Shown here in pieces: positions 38,590 through 47,768 of a stretch of DNA of 64,000 bases. This DNA comes from Candidatus Omnitrophota bacterium. Lineage in GTDB: Bacteria > Omnitrophota > JACPQZ01. Under the pieces are notes generated by a model. The model worked only from the letters and a program-made list of their open reading frames with translations, was not told the DNA's origin and did no database searches. The stretch's first letter is position 1. The number at the start of each line of letters is the position of its first letter. The position numbers and the translations under genes were made by a program. The stretch lies in assembly GCA_016190205.1 (NCBI GenBank), contig JACPQZ010000038.1, positions 4,005 to 68,004 of the forward strand, read 5' to 3'.

Positions 38590-40110
38590 TTAAGAGCGGT
38601 CCAGACGTGGAAGCCAAACGGTACAGAGGGTCCCCTGGCCGGCGTGGCTCGTCACATCCATACGGCCGCGGTGAACTTCGGTAATCCACCTGCACAGCCC
38701 AAGTCCAATGCCCGTCGCATCTTTGGGCGCATCGCTGCGCGGGCTTGTGATGCCGTTGAAGATGTGCGCCAGCTTTGACTCTGGAATACCCGGTCCGCTG
38801 TCTTGAACGCGGAGCGAGACAATATCTTCTTGTGCCTCTACCTTGATCGTGATGGTTCCATGAGGAGGTGTGTACCTTACAGCATTATCGACAAGATTAG
38901 ATATCAGACGGTTCAAGAGCTTCGCATCGCCCTCTACCCACGCCGCCCCGTCCGTCTCGACCTCCATTTGGACCTTCGCCTTGCGGGCGATGGGCATCCA
39001 GCGCTCCTTAAGCCGCTCCATCATGGTGGTAAGCTCGACGGGCTCCGTCCTCATCACCCCCTCGCTTCCATCTGTGCGCGCCAGGGTCAATAGCTCTCCC
39101 ACCACCTCCGTCATCTCCTCCACCGTGCCGAGCTGCAGGCGCAAAAGGTCCTGGTATTCCTTGGGGCTTCGCGGCGAGCGCAGGGCGAGCTCCACCTCGC
39201 CCCTCATGACCGTGAGCGGGGTCCTTAGCTCATGAGAGGCGGCGGCGCTGAACCGCCTTATTCTCTCAAAGGAATTTTCAATGCGCGAAAGAAGGCCGTT
39301 GAAGGTCACGGCGAGCCGCTCCAATTCGTCCCCGGTCTTCGGCACATCAATGCGGTCAAAAAGACTCTCCGCGCTGATGCGTTGGGCCTGCCGGATCATG
39401 CGGTTTATGGGATGAAGGGCGGTTGAGGCCACGAGCCACCCCACGAGAACAGCGATGGCAAGCGCAGGCGGCACGAGCAGAAAGAGCCAGAGACGTAATT
39501 CCCTGCGCGCAGCATCCACCCGATTGAGCAAGCCGCCCGTTTGTATGTAATAAAGCCCCTCGCCGTCTTCTACCGCCGGATGGGTTAGAAACCGAATGCG
39601 GCTCTCTGCTGTCTTGTGCGTACGGTGAACCGGGTGACGTGAGGCCTCATCCGCCGTCACGAGTTCCGGAGTAAGCGACTCAAGTCCCTCAAATCCCCAG
39701 GACGCCGCCAGGACATTACCCCCATGGTCCAGAATGCGGAAGGGGCGTGCCGTTTCAAGCATGCGCGTCGCTTGCGCCCAGGCCGCGATTACTTCGGAGA
39801 GCTTCCCCTCGCGGACGGCAGCCTTGAGCGGCTGTTGGGGCGACTCCATCCAGTTCCCCAACTCGCTCTCGCCTCTCCAGTAAGCGCTGATTGCGCTTTC
39901 GACTCCCTCGGCATGCGATCTAAGTGTCTGGTCGAGCTGCCGCCCCATCCCCGTAGACAATATGGAATAGAGAATGACGGTAAAGATAGCCAGGACACAA
40001 GCCCAGACGCCCACGTACCACAAGGTGAGAGAAAGCCGTATGGAGGTTTTGTGGCGCCTGAACTTCCCCAGCCGGCTCCTATGGGGCGCCTGGGCGGTCG
40101 ACATGCTCAT
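38590..40110 (-). CDS. CusS/CzcS-like sensor histidine kinase
   Basis: IRLSLTLWY, HAMP, FSAAASHELRTPL, NAVRYT. Confidence 0.85.
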   Translation of the reverse strand: MSMSTAQAPHRSRLGKFRRHKTSIRLSLTLWYVGVWACVLAIFTVILYSILSTGMGRQLDQTLRSHAEGVESAISAYWRGESELGNWMESPQQPLKAAVREGKLSEVIAAWAQATRMLETARPFRILDHGGNVLAASWGFEGLESLTPELVTADEASRHPVHRTHKTAESRIRFLTHPAVEDGEGLYYIQTGGLLNRVDAARRELRLWLFLLVPPALAIAVLVGWLVASTALHPINRMIRQAQRISAESLFDRIDVPKTGDELERLAVTFNGLLSRIENSFERIRRFSAAASHELRTPLTVMRGEVELALRSPRSPKEYQDLLRLQLGTVEEMTEVVGELLTLARTDGSEGVMRTEPVELTTMMERLKERWMPIARKAKVQMEVETDGAAWVEGDAKLLNRLISNLVDNAVRYTPPHGTITIKVEAQEDIVSLRVQDSGPGIPESKLAHIFNGITSPRSDAPKDATGIGLGLCRWITEVHRGRMDVTSHAGQGTLCTVWLPRLDRS

Positions 40111-40780
40111 CCGTACCTTCTAAAATGTAACCACTCCCTCTCACCGTCCGGATCAGGCCGTCCCCGGAATCACCTCCCAGCTTCTTCCGAAGCCGGGCGA
40201 TCAAGACGTCGATCACGTTTGACATGGAATCAAAGTCATGCTCCCAGACGTGCTCAGACAGCATCGTCCTCGTTACAACTTTCCCCTGGTTACGGACGAG
40301 AAACTCGAGCACCGAGTACTCTCGTGTCGTCAACTGGACCATCTGCCCGGCGTGCGTGACGCTGTGCTTTGAGGTGTCCATTTCCAAACCCCCCGCCCGG
40401 AGGACCAAGGGGTACAACTCACCCTGTCTCCGCAAAAGCGCCCGCAGGCGCGCGAGGAGCTCTTCGAATTTAAACGGTTTGACTAAATAATCATCTGCCC
40501 CTTTATTGAGCGCTTCCACCTTGTCCTTTAGATCATCCTTTGCGGTCAGGACCAAGACAGGCACCTTATTTTGATGAGCACGGAGGTGTGTCAAGACCTC
40601 GATCCCATCCCGCTTGGGCAGGCGCAGGTCCAAGACCATGGCGTCGTATTCCCCGGTCTCCGCCATAAACAGGGCCTCTTCGCCGTCCTGGGCCACATCC
40701 ACGGTAAATTGCTCCTCCCGCAGGCCCCGGCGTACAAACTGCGCTACTCGCGGTTCATCTTCGACCAAGAGAACACGCAC
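40079..40780 (-). CDS. CusR/CzcR-like response regulator
   Basis: RVLLVEDE, GADDYLVKPF, SEHVWEHDFDSMSNVIDV. Confidence 0.88.
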   Translation of the reverse strand: MRVLLVEDEPRVAQFVRRGLREEQFTVDVAQDGEEALFMAETGEYDAMVLDLRLPKRDGIEVLTHLRAHQNKVPVLVLTAKDDLKDKVEALNKGADDYLVKPFKFEELLARLRALLRRQGELYPLVLRAGGLEMDTSKHSVTHAGQMVQLTTREYSVLEFLVRNQGKVVTRTMLSEHVWEHDFDSMSNVIDVLIARLRKKLGGDSGDGLIRTVRGSGYILEGTDEHVDRPGAP

Positions 40781-40834
40781 CGTCAAACCCTCCACACGCT
40801 CGTCTTTCAAGTATTATATTCCTCAAGCCGCCCC

Positions 40835-40871
40835 AAAAAAAGGGCCGTTGAAGCACCCACTTCAACGGCCC
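40835..40871 (-). terminator. Intrinsic terminator
   Basis: 12-bp stem GGGCCGTTGAAG/CTTCAACGGCCC followed by U7 on minus strand. Confidence 0.85.
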
Positions 40872-40875
40872 CTTC

Positions 40876-40984
40876 AGCGTCCTTACGGGGGGGAGACCCC
40901 GCTTTTTAATCCCCGGGCCGACCTGCCCCACGAGGTCCTGCGCCGGGGAATCTTTTTTCTCCGGTTTCCCCTTAAGGAGACGCC
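40876..40984 (-). ncRNA. Candidate structured RNA (rod with A-rich internal bubble)
   Basis: Nested complementary segments by eye: GCGTC/GACGC, CCTTA/TAAGG, GGGGA/TCCCC, TCCCCGG/CCGGGGA, GACCT/AGGTC. Confidence 0.4.
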
Positions 40985-40993
40985 TTAATAACG

Positions 40994-41563
40994 TCAAAAC
41001 CGGAGGCCGACCGACACCCCCGGCATTACATCTGCATCCGCCCCGCGCCCATTTTTAAGGTCTGTAAAATTCACCGTGAGCCGCGTATCCAGGCTTGTGT
41101 TCGGTGAGATGGCATGATCATATCCGAACCCGACCGGAATAAGCCATGAGGTATCGGAATCACGGAAGTCGGAATGGACAAACCCGGCGCCCGCATGGAG
41201 GTACACCCTCCCGACCCCTTCCGTCTCGGGGAGATCCATCCAATATTTTCCCTGGCCCGAGAGCCCGAAGAGCGCCATGTCATCTGAAAAGCCCAGCTGT
41301 GCCATGGGGCCGAATGACACCCGATCGCTCACGAAACGGTCCAGAGAGGCATTGAGCGTAAAGGCCGTGTCATCGGGTGTGCTGGCAAGAAATCCGGGCC
41401 CAAAGCCGAAGGACCATTCGTTTTCTGATGGAGCGTGTACCTGTGTTACAGCACCTTCGTTGTACGCCGAGGTGGCCGTCGCCCCCTGCGCCCAAGAGGG
41501 TTGCGGTACGAAACAGATGGCTGCAAATCCCCACACGAACCACTGGTGCAACTGTCTCATCAT
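40994..41563 (-). CDS. Small outer-membrane beta-barrel protein
   Basis: Signal peptide, ~8 amphipathic strands, ends VSVGLRF. Confidence 0.8.
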   Translation of the reverse strand: MMRQLHQWFVWGFAAICFVPQPSWAQGATATSAYNEGAVTQVHAPSENEWSFGFGPGFLASTPDDTAFTLNASLDRFVSDRVSFGPMAQLGFSDDMALFGLSGQGKYWMDLPETEGVGRVYLHAGAGFVHSDFRDSDTSWLIPVGFGYDHAISPNTSLDTRLTVNFTDLKNGRGADADVMPGVSVGLRF

Positions 41564-41661
41564 GTGAGCTCCCTCCAGCTTTACACCCGAAAGTCTACCA
41601 CCCGGCAGGTGACACAAAGATGACAATTACATTAAAAATCTGTCATGTTTCAGGCAGGGGA

Positions 41662-42438
41662 TCAACGCTCGTGCAGTTCGAAGGCGCGCAGCGCTGTGAC
41701 GAAATTGCCGTAATGGGCGGGGTCTTTGACAAACCCGTCCGCGCCGCTCTTGAGGGACCTGACCTCATAATCAAAACCGGAATAGGAATACACGAGGACT
41801 GGAACACGTGTCGTGATCGCCCGGTCCGAAAGCGCGGTGGACAATACCTCCTTTACCCTACGGACTGCCTCCTCTCCCGGCAGTTCCTTCTGAACATATT
41901 CCATGAGGATATAGTTGGGGAGTTCTTTTCTCAGGGCCCCCTCCAGCTTGCTTATATCCTCTATCAAAACCACCTGATAACGCTCCTCTTTGAGACAGTC
42001 CATAAGCCCTTGACAGTGGGGATTGGATTTTAAGTCCAGCAAAAACACGACCTGCGCCTCGATCTGCTCCCAAATGAGCCTCATCTTGAGCAAAAGCTCA
42101 TCCATCTCGAAGGGCTTCGCGAGAAAGGCATCCGCGTCCACGTCTTGAAACGTGCGGCGCAAATCCTCCCGCGCCGTCATGATGATGACGGGGTAACGGG
42201 GCCGGGCATGCTCCGTGCAGAGTTTTGTGTAGACAGATATCCCGCTCTCTTCCGGCATGGTGAGGTCGAGCAAAATCATATCGGGCGCAATAGTATCCAC
42301 CGCCTCAAGCGCAGTTTTTCCATCATGGGCGGTGAAGACATCGTAGCCCTCAAGCTCCAGGTTTCTCTTTAAAAGAGCGACCAGATCCTTTTCGTCATCT
42401 ACCACCAGGATCTTGCGGGGACTGGCTTGAATTTTCAT
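41662..42438 (-). CDS. Response regulator with receiver plus degenerate second receiver domain
   Basis: KILVVDDE..LLDLTMP..AKPF then YILME..GADGFVKDP. Confidence 0.8.
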   Translation of the reverse strand: MKIQASPRKILVVDDEKDLVALLKRNLELEGYDVFTAHDGKTALEAVDTIAPDMILLDLTMPEESGISVYTKLCTEHARPRYPVIIMTAREDLRRTFQDVDADAFLAKPFEMDELLLKMRLIWEQIEAQVVFLLDLKSNPHCQGLMDCLKEERYQVVLIEDISKLEGALRKELPNYILMEYVQKELPGEEAVRRVKEVLSTALSDRAITTRVPVLVYSYSGFDYEVRSLKSGADGFVKDPAHYGNFVTALRAFELHER

Positions 42439-43148
42439 TGCATCATCTCCTGACAATAACTGAAGGCCTTCCCGGCTAAGAAACCGATCCCAGCCGAGCC
42501 CACGGCCACCGCAAAGAACTGTAAGCCCGATAGGAAAGCGGGGCGCCTGGCTACAAGCCCCTTCCAATAGCCCACCCCGAAAAGCACGAGGGAGGAGAGG
42601 AGGCAGGAGGAAGGAAGCGCGCCCCCTCCTTCCATGAAGAGATACGGAAGAAGCGGGATGCCTCCCCCGATTACAAATGACATATACATGACTGCGGCCG
42701 CCTTGATAGGATCCCGGATCTCGGCCGTGCCCAACCCCAGCACCTTCTCCTGAAAAGTGCGCAGGAACACCCGCTTTTCGTGCGCGAGGAGTTTGACCAG
42801 ACGATAGGCCGCCTCTCTGGAAAGCCCCTCTCCGGCCAAGGCCTCCAAAAGGCCCTCCCTGGCCTCGTGAGGTTCCTCAACCGCGAAGGCCTCCTGGTCT
42901 TTAAGCTCCTTGTCGAAAATCTCCTTTTCGGCATGCGTAGACAGATAAGAGCCCGTGGCCATGGAGAGCGCTCCCGTCACGACCGCAGCAAGCCCAGTCA
43001 AAATCACCGCCGGCCGGCTCCCGGTCGCCGACTGAATGCCGGTCAAGAGTCCCACCGTGCTGATGAGACCATCCTGGATCCCGAACACGAACTCGCGTAT
43101 CCGCCCGAGCGACGCTACCCGGGCCTTTTTCTTGTCAAGTGCTTCCAT
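42435..43148 (-). CDS. VIT1/CCC1 family Fe/Mn transporter
   Basis: REFVFGIQDGL, GALSMATGSYLS, IPLLPY. Confidence 0.9.
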   Translation of the reverse strand: MEALDKKKARVASLGRIREFVFGIQDGLISTVGLLTGIQSATGSRPAVILTGLAAVVTGALSMATGSYLSTHAEKEIFDKELKDQEAFAVEEPHEAREGLLEALAGEGLSREAAYRLVKLLAHEKRVFLRTFQEKVLGLGTAEIRDPIKAAAVMYMSFVIGGGIPLLPYLFMEGGGALPSSCLLSSLVLFGVGYWKGLVARRPAFLSGLQFFAVAVGSAGIGFLAGKAFSYCQEMMQ

Positions 43149-43153
43149 GGGCT

Positions 43154-43696
43154 CTAGTATTTAAACTCCGGGTCTCCCGTTTCCTCACCGGGTCTCCAGT
43201 CAGCCGGGCAGAGCCTTTGGGTCTTAAGGGCCTTCAAGACGCGCAGGGTTTCCTCCACGCTGCGGCCCACGTTCATATGGCTCATCACAGAATAGGCAAC
43301 GGTCCCCGCGGGGTCTATGACAAAGGTGGCGCGCAGGGGAAGATTTGACGCCGCATCCAAAACGCCGTAGCTTTTTGCAAGCGCGCGGTCAGGGTCGCTT
43401 AAGAGCAGGTATGAGATGCCGCCCAGCTCCTCCGCCCAGGCGGCATGGGTTTCGAGGGAATCGGCGCTCGCGCCCAAAAGGACTGCCCCCTCATTCCGGA
43501 AGGCCGCCGCCGCCTTTTCAAAGCCGATGACCTCGGTCGGGCAGATGAAAGTGAAATCCTTCGGATAAAAAAACAGAACCGCCCATTTCCCCTTCAGTTG
43601 ACTTAAAGAGACGCGTATTTTGTTCCGTTTCTCGATCGCGCCGAGAGAAAAGGGCGGGGCAGGCTGGTTGACTGACAGCATGTGCCAATTGTACAC
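43154..43696 (-). CDS. ahpC: 2-Cys peroxiredoxin (AhpC family)
   Basis: FFYPKDFTFICPTE, VGRSVEETLRVL, LCPADW. Confidence 0.9.
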   Translation of the reverse strand: MYNWHMLSVNQPAPPFSLGAIEKRNKIRVSLSQLKGKWAVLFFYPKDFTFICPTEVIGFEKAAAAFRNEGAVLLGASADSLETHAAWAEELGGISYLLLSDPDRALAKSYGVLDAASNLPLRATFVIDPAGTVAYSVMSHMNVGRSVEETLRVLKALKTQRLCPADWRPGEETGDPEFKY

Positions 43697-43735
43697 GTAA
43701 ACCCGCTTGGGCTTCCATGATAAAATAGACTTGCC

Positions 43736-44410
43736 ATGAACCCTGACGAGACTGAACCCCTCACCGGCAGCGGGGACCTAAAGCGCGAGGCGGAAAAAAC
43801 CCTGGGCTCGGCCCGGCGCCGCTATGGGCTCCTCGCCCGGATGCTCTTTGTGACCCTGGACCTCGTCTACGGCCGCAAGAGGACGCTCTCGAAATTTAAA
43901 GTCCTCGAGGTCATCGCCAGGGTCCCCTACCAGGCCTGGGAGCACGTGGCCTACATCGCCGTGACCCACACCTACCGCTGGCCGGATTTCGCCCGCCGGA
44001 TCTTTGACTTTGTCAAAGAATCCCGGGCCCAGCAGGACAATGAGCAGTGGCACCTCCTCATCCTGGAAGAGCTCGTGCAGAAGAAAGGAATCCGGGAGGG
44101 CTTCTTCCGGCACCGGCTCTTGCCACAGTTCATCGCGTTTTTCTTTTACCACACGAGCTGGCTCCTGTACGTCATCAGGCCCGCCTTAAGCTACTCTTTG
44201 AATGCGGACTTCGAAGACCACGCCGAGCACGAATACATGGAGTTTGCGAAAGAGAACCCCAGTTTTGAGCACGAACCTTTCGACAGTACATTCAGGGAAA
44301 ACTACGCCCGGCTCTCGAACCTGGCGGATTTATTCAGGCGGATAGGGCTGGATGAGCGGATGCATAAGGAGGAAAGCTTAAATCGCATTGAAAAGGCGCG
44401 GTTCTCGTAG
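43736..44410 (+). CDS. Alternative oxidase/PTOX-like di-iron protein
   Basis: FKVLEVIARVPY, DNEQWHL, FEDHAEHEY, DERMH. Confidence 0.75.
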   Translation: MNPDETEPLTGSGDLKREAEKTLGSARRRYGLLARMLFVTLDLVYGRKRTLSKFKVLEVIARVPYQAWEHVAYIAVTHTYRWPDFARRIFDFVKESRAQQDNEQWHLLILEELVQKKGIREGFFRHRLLPQFIAFFFYHTSWLLYVIRPALSYSLNADFEDHAEHEYMEFAKENPSFEHEPFDSTFRENYARLSNLADLFRRIGLDERMHKEESLNRIEKARFS

Positions 44411-44420
44411 CTCGTTCTCA

Positions 44421-45446
44421 ATGAAAGCCACCAGTCGGATTTACCGGCTTGCGGCGGCCGTTCTAAGTGCATTCGTCATCGCTTCACAAATTGAGGGACC
44501 GCTGGCGTCCCCGGTTGAGGAGAAAGGAAACGACATGGAGATGTACAAAGTAATCCCCGATTCGGCTTCTATCATTCTGCGCGCGACGCACATCCTCTTG
44601 GTGCGTGTTGAGGAAGTTAAGAAGGGGCCTCCCGCCCGCGAAGCTGACGCAGGTCTTGTGACGGAAAGGTTGCGCCTAAAGCTCGCGCTGGAAGAAACGC
44701 TTAAAGGAAGGACGACAGAACCCGGCGGAACTGTGTTGGATGTCGAGGTGCTTCAGCACAGTTTGCCCACAGGCCGGATCGCCGCGCTTCCAGGGGTGTG
44801 GTCGGGGTGGGACGTTAAGCCCGGCACCCGGCTCATCGCCTTTTGTGTGGGTGCGGAGCTATCGGCCGCCAAGCTACTCGCCGATCCCAATATCCAGAAG
44901 CTAAAGGGCGCCCAGGAAAGTCTCACCGGGGTGCGCCTTGCCCTTGGCGCCGAGGGCAAGAATTTAAGTCCAAACGCCCTTCTCGACGCCGCAGCCTCCG
45001 AATCCGCAGAGCTCGATGAACTCTTCGCCGACTACTTCTGGTGCCGTTTGGAAGCGCCGGCCCTCAAGGATTTCAAAACATTCGATGCCGTGGCGAATCT
45101 CATCGAGCGCCCTGACCTTTCCCCATCCTTCTGCGCCATGTTGCTCGATTCCGTCAACGCCTCGCTCGCCGCCTCGGACACGGTACCGGCGGGCCATGTC
45201 CACCGCCTGGCCGTTCTTTTCTTCCGCCTGTGCGCGCTTAAAACAGCTCGCGAAGTCCACGACGACATCGTGGGCACTTACCTACCGGCCCTCCTTCACC
45301 TGGAAGACCCCGACGAAACCCCGTTAAAGCCATCCGAAGTTTTTAAGGACTACCCCACTGACCGCCCGCGCGCCCTGAAGGCCCTGGCGGGCTACCGGGG
45401 CGATCAGGCCGACTATGCCGCACAGATAATTGATTGGCTGCGTTGA
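44421..45446 (+). CDS. Hypothetical secreted protein
   Basis: Long ORF with signal-like N-terminus; no recognised motif. Confidence 0.65.
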   Translation: MKATSRIYRLAAAVLSAFVIASQIEGPLASPVEEKGNDMEMYKVIPDSASIILRATHILLVRVEEVKKGPPAREADAGLVTERLRLKLALEETLKGRTTEPGGTVLDVEVLQHSLPTGRIAALPGVWSGWDVKPGTRLIAFCVGAELSAAKLLADPNIQKLKGAQESLTGVRLALGAEGKNLSPNALLDAAASESAELDELFADYFWCRLEAPALKDFKTFDAVANLIERPDLSPSFCAMLLDSVNASLAASDTVPAGHVHRLAVLFFRLCALKTAREVHDDIVGTYLPALLHLEDPDETPLKPSEVFKDYPTDRPRALKALAGYRGDQADYAAQIIDWLR

Positions 45447-45510
45447 AGATAAGTACGTGCGCCCAGCCCTTCGACTTCGCTCGGGACGGGCGCCAACTCC
45501 TATAAGAACT

Positions 45511-45584
45511 TGCGCCCAGCAAGATTCGAACTTGCGGCCTTCTGATTCGTAGTCAGACGCTCTATCCAACTGAGCTATGGGCGC
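45511..45584 (-). tRNA. tRNA-Arg(ACG)
   Basis: GCGCCCATAGCTCAGTTGGATAGAGCG..CTACGAA..GTTCGAATC..TGGGCGCA cloverleaf; no encoded CCA. Confidence 0.96.
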
Positions 45585-45610
45585 GGAAGGACGCTTGAGT
45601 ATAGCAAATT

Positions 45611-46282
45611 TCAATGAGTAGTTATAGATCTGCTTGCCAGATAGTTTAGGAATGATTCAAAGCCCCTCTTCTCATAATGCGCTCTGATTTCCTTCTCTAA
45701 AAGGCCCCCCAATGCAGCTTGGTAATCCCTCTTGGTGAATTGGTGAATGTGTGATATGAGGGCCTTCCTATCTTGATTCGACACCTCCGGCTTAATCCCT
45801 TTCTTAATAAGAAACTCGAGATCAAAATAGTCCCTCAGCTCGCTCCTTGTAAGAGCCGCCTCTACCTTTCGTCTGGCCATTTCTTCCAAGGATAAGGTTT
45901 TAACAAGGACTTGACGTGACCCGTATTTTGAAAAAGCGATTCTTTCTTCAATGCCCTGCTTGGCCATCTCCTTTCTGATTTCGATCTTCATCCTTCTATG
46001 ATACATGCCGGACCTGAACTCAAACAGCAGGGTAAATCGCTTGCTCTTGTGATCTGTCATTTCGTAGCGATTCGACAAAATGCGCAGCATTTTCTTGAAA
46101 AAGATGCCATACTCGAGCCTCTTTACAAACCAAAAATCTAAATCAACGGAATATCGAGGCAGCTCATGGCAGAGACGCAGCATCGTCCCGCCTCCAAAGA
46201 CAAGAGGTTTTAACGCCCCTTCGCTATGCAGGGCTTCCAAAACCTCCATCTCGAACAATTCGTGCCGGCTCAAATCTGCCAT
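45611..46282 (-). CDS. AbiEii-like nucleotidyltransferase toxin (type IV TA)
   Basis: VFGGGTMLRLCHELPRYSVDLDF, KIEI, RDYFDL. Confidence 0.88.
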   Translation of the reverse strand: MADLSRHELFEMEVLEALHSEGALKPLVFGGGTMLRLCHELPRYSVDLDFWFVKRLEYGIFFKKMLRILSNRYEMTDHKSKRFTLLFEFRSGMYHRRMKIEIRKEMAKQGIEERIAFSKYGSRQVLVKTLSLEEMARRKVEAALTRSELRDYFDLEFLIKKGIKPEVSNQDRKALISHIHQFTKRDYQAALGGLLEKEIRAHYEKRGFESFLNYLASRSITTH

Positions 46283-46854
46283 AGGGTTTTTAAGATCCTT
46301 CTCGTCGGCTCGGGAAAGCGTTTAGAAAAATCCTTGAGCAGCTTCACATCAAATTTCGCCTTATCTACGCTGCTGACATCCAGGCGGTACCTCCCGAGCG
46401 TCATGATATATAAGGCATCCAAAAGCGCCTTCTCCGGCCTCGCAATAAAATAGTTATTCCTCTTTACAAACCCGAAGTACAATTCCTTTGCCACCTTCGT
46501 GTACTCAAATTGCCGCGCAACGGTCACTACCTTTTTGGTTCTCTTGACAGCTATAGACTCGACAAAGTCTTGTTGAACCTGTGTCGTTGCTTCATAAAAA
46601 GCAAGGGCAGTGGTAAGAGATATGTACGAGGGGACCTGAAGTCTGTTCGCCAGCATGAACAGCTCATCATCCCTAGCGCGTTCCCACCGTCCGCTTAGGA
46701 CATAGACGTCTCTCATCGGCCGTATGAGCAGACCCTGCCGGACGTACCGCGAGCAGCTCACCTTGGCCGAGGCCGCCTAAACCTCCAGGGCCCTCGCTGC
46801 GTCACGCACCGAGAAGTAAAAGGACTTTATGGCACTTAGCCGAGTTATTTTCAT
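46270..46854 (-). pseudogene. AbiEi-like antitoxin with in-frame TAG at codon 26
   Basis: MKITRL..ALEV*AASAKVSCSRY; PSYISLTTAL, ARPEKALLD motifs; stop at 46777-46779. Confidence 0.75.
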
Positions 46855-46863
46855 AGGTACAAA

Positions 46864-46885
46864 TAGTTAACACTTTTGTTAACTA
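46864..46885. promoter_or_regulatory. Palindromic AbiE operator
   Basis: TAGTTAACA-CTTT-TGTTAACTA just upstream of the antitoxin ATG. Confidence 0.6.
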
Positions 46886-47195
46886 ATTATACTTAAAACC
46901 TTAAGGGGGGGTCAAGGGGACGCGTTAACTTATGGGGGTGAAAATTTTGCGTTGTTATAACCCTTATTCTTCCACGTGGTTAAATTTTTTGTATATTCTA
47001 TGTACATTTTCGTTTCCACGCTTTTTGTGTTATCCTTTGTGCATCCTGATTCTCATTCGATACTTAAGAGCCAAGTTTTAAGCGCGCTTTTCAAGGCTTA
47101 ACATTCCGTGTTAGGTTGCTCGAGCTCGCTCGGTGCGTTGCAAGACGGCTTAGGATTGAGGGTTTTTTATTCCTATAAGGAAGGGGGTGAAAGTT

Positions 47196-47339
47196 ATGTT
47201 ACCTAAGAAGAAGGGGACGGGTAAGAAAGGGGAGAAAAAAGAGGCCCAGGAAAAGCCGAAGGAAGAGACTCGCTCGGAAGGCTGCTCTTCCTGGGACTGG
47301 GATAAAAAGTCGGAGGGAAAGAGCGGGGGCTGCCACTAA
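47196..47339 (+). CDS. 47-aa small peptide
   Basis: AAGGGGGTGA RBS, ATG..TAA, followed by terminator; MLPKKKG..GCSSWDWDKKSEGKSGGCH. Confidence 0.6.
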   Translation: MLPKKKGTGKKGEKKEAQEKPKEETRSEGCSSWDWDKKSEGKSGGCH

Positions 47340-47357
47340 AATTTGTATTAACATAAC

Positions 47358-47397
47358 AAAACGGGATGCTTGAATTCAGGCGTCCCGTTTTTATTTT
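47358..47397. terminator. Bidirectional intrinsic terminator
   Basis: AAAACGGGATGCTTG-AATT-CAGGCGTCCCGTTTTT between convergent genes. Confidence 0.8.
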
Positions 47398-47402
47398 GAG
47401 GC

Positions 47403-47714
47403 CTATTTTTCATTTAGCGTAACGTCTATTCCCCCGAACAAAGACGCGAAGATATTATAGATGAGGGCCGAGAGGGCGGAGCCCAACCCGAGAATAAGCC
47501 CATACATGACGCCCGTAATGCCCCCCAGAAAGATGACCCGCGTGGCCTTTGCCGCCCCGGCAATGAATGGCAGATTGGCCAGCACGGCGGGGACCTCCAG
47601 CCTATTCGCCGACGCGAGGAAAATCCCGCCAATGACACCGAGTAAAATCCCTGTCCCTCCGTAAAAGCGAAACACAGAAATAGGATGAACGGTTTTCACT
47701 TCGACTTTTCTCAT
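47403..47714 (-). CDS. Small membrane protein (DUF3566-like)
   Basis: VKTVHPISVFR..ALIYNIFASLFGGI. Confidence 0.65.
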   Translation of the reverse strand: MRKVEVKTVHPISVFRFYGGTGILLGVIGGIFLASANRLEVPAVLANLPFIAGAAKATRVIFLGGITGVMYGLILGLGSALSALIYNIFASLFGGIDVTLNEK

Positions 47715-47768
47715 GATCGGTCTCCACAGTTTGCGTATAGCATATCGCTTCTGCCGGTTAGCGTAAAC

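Noticed and set aside
40755-40997. 80-aa ORF between OM barrel and response regulator
   Set aside because: Runs through a terminator and hairpins; no recognisable features
33655-45584. Integrative island anchored at tRNA-Arg
   Set aside because: No integrase and no distal att copy noticed; only the local 10-bp duplication
46777-46779. Pyrrolysine or genetic-code reassignment of TAG
   Set aside because: TAG serves as a normal stop elsewhere (resB, yidD) and no pyl genes are in the window
46900-47190. Riboswitch or short hydrophobic ORF upstream of the 47-aa peptide
   Set aside because: No recognisable aptamer motif or RBS
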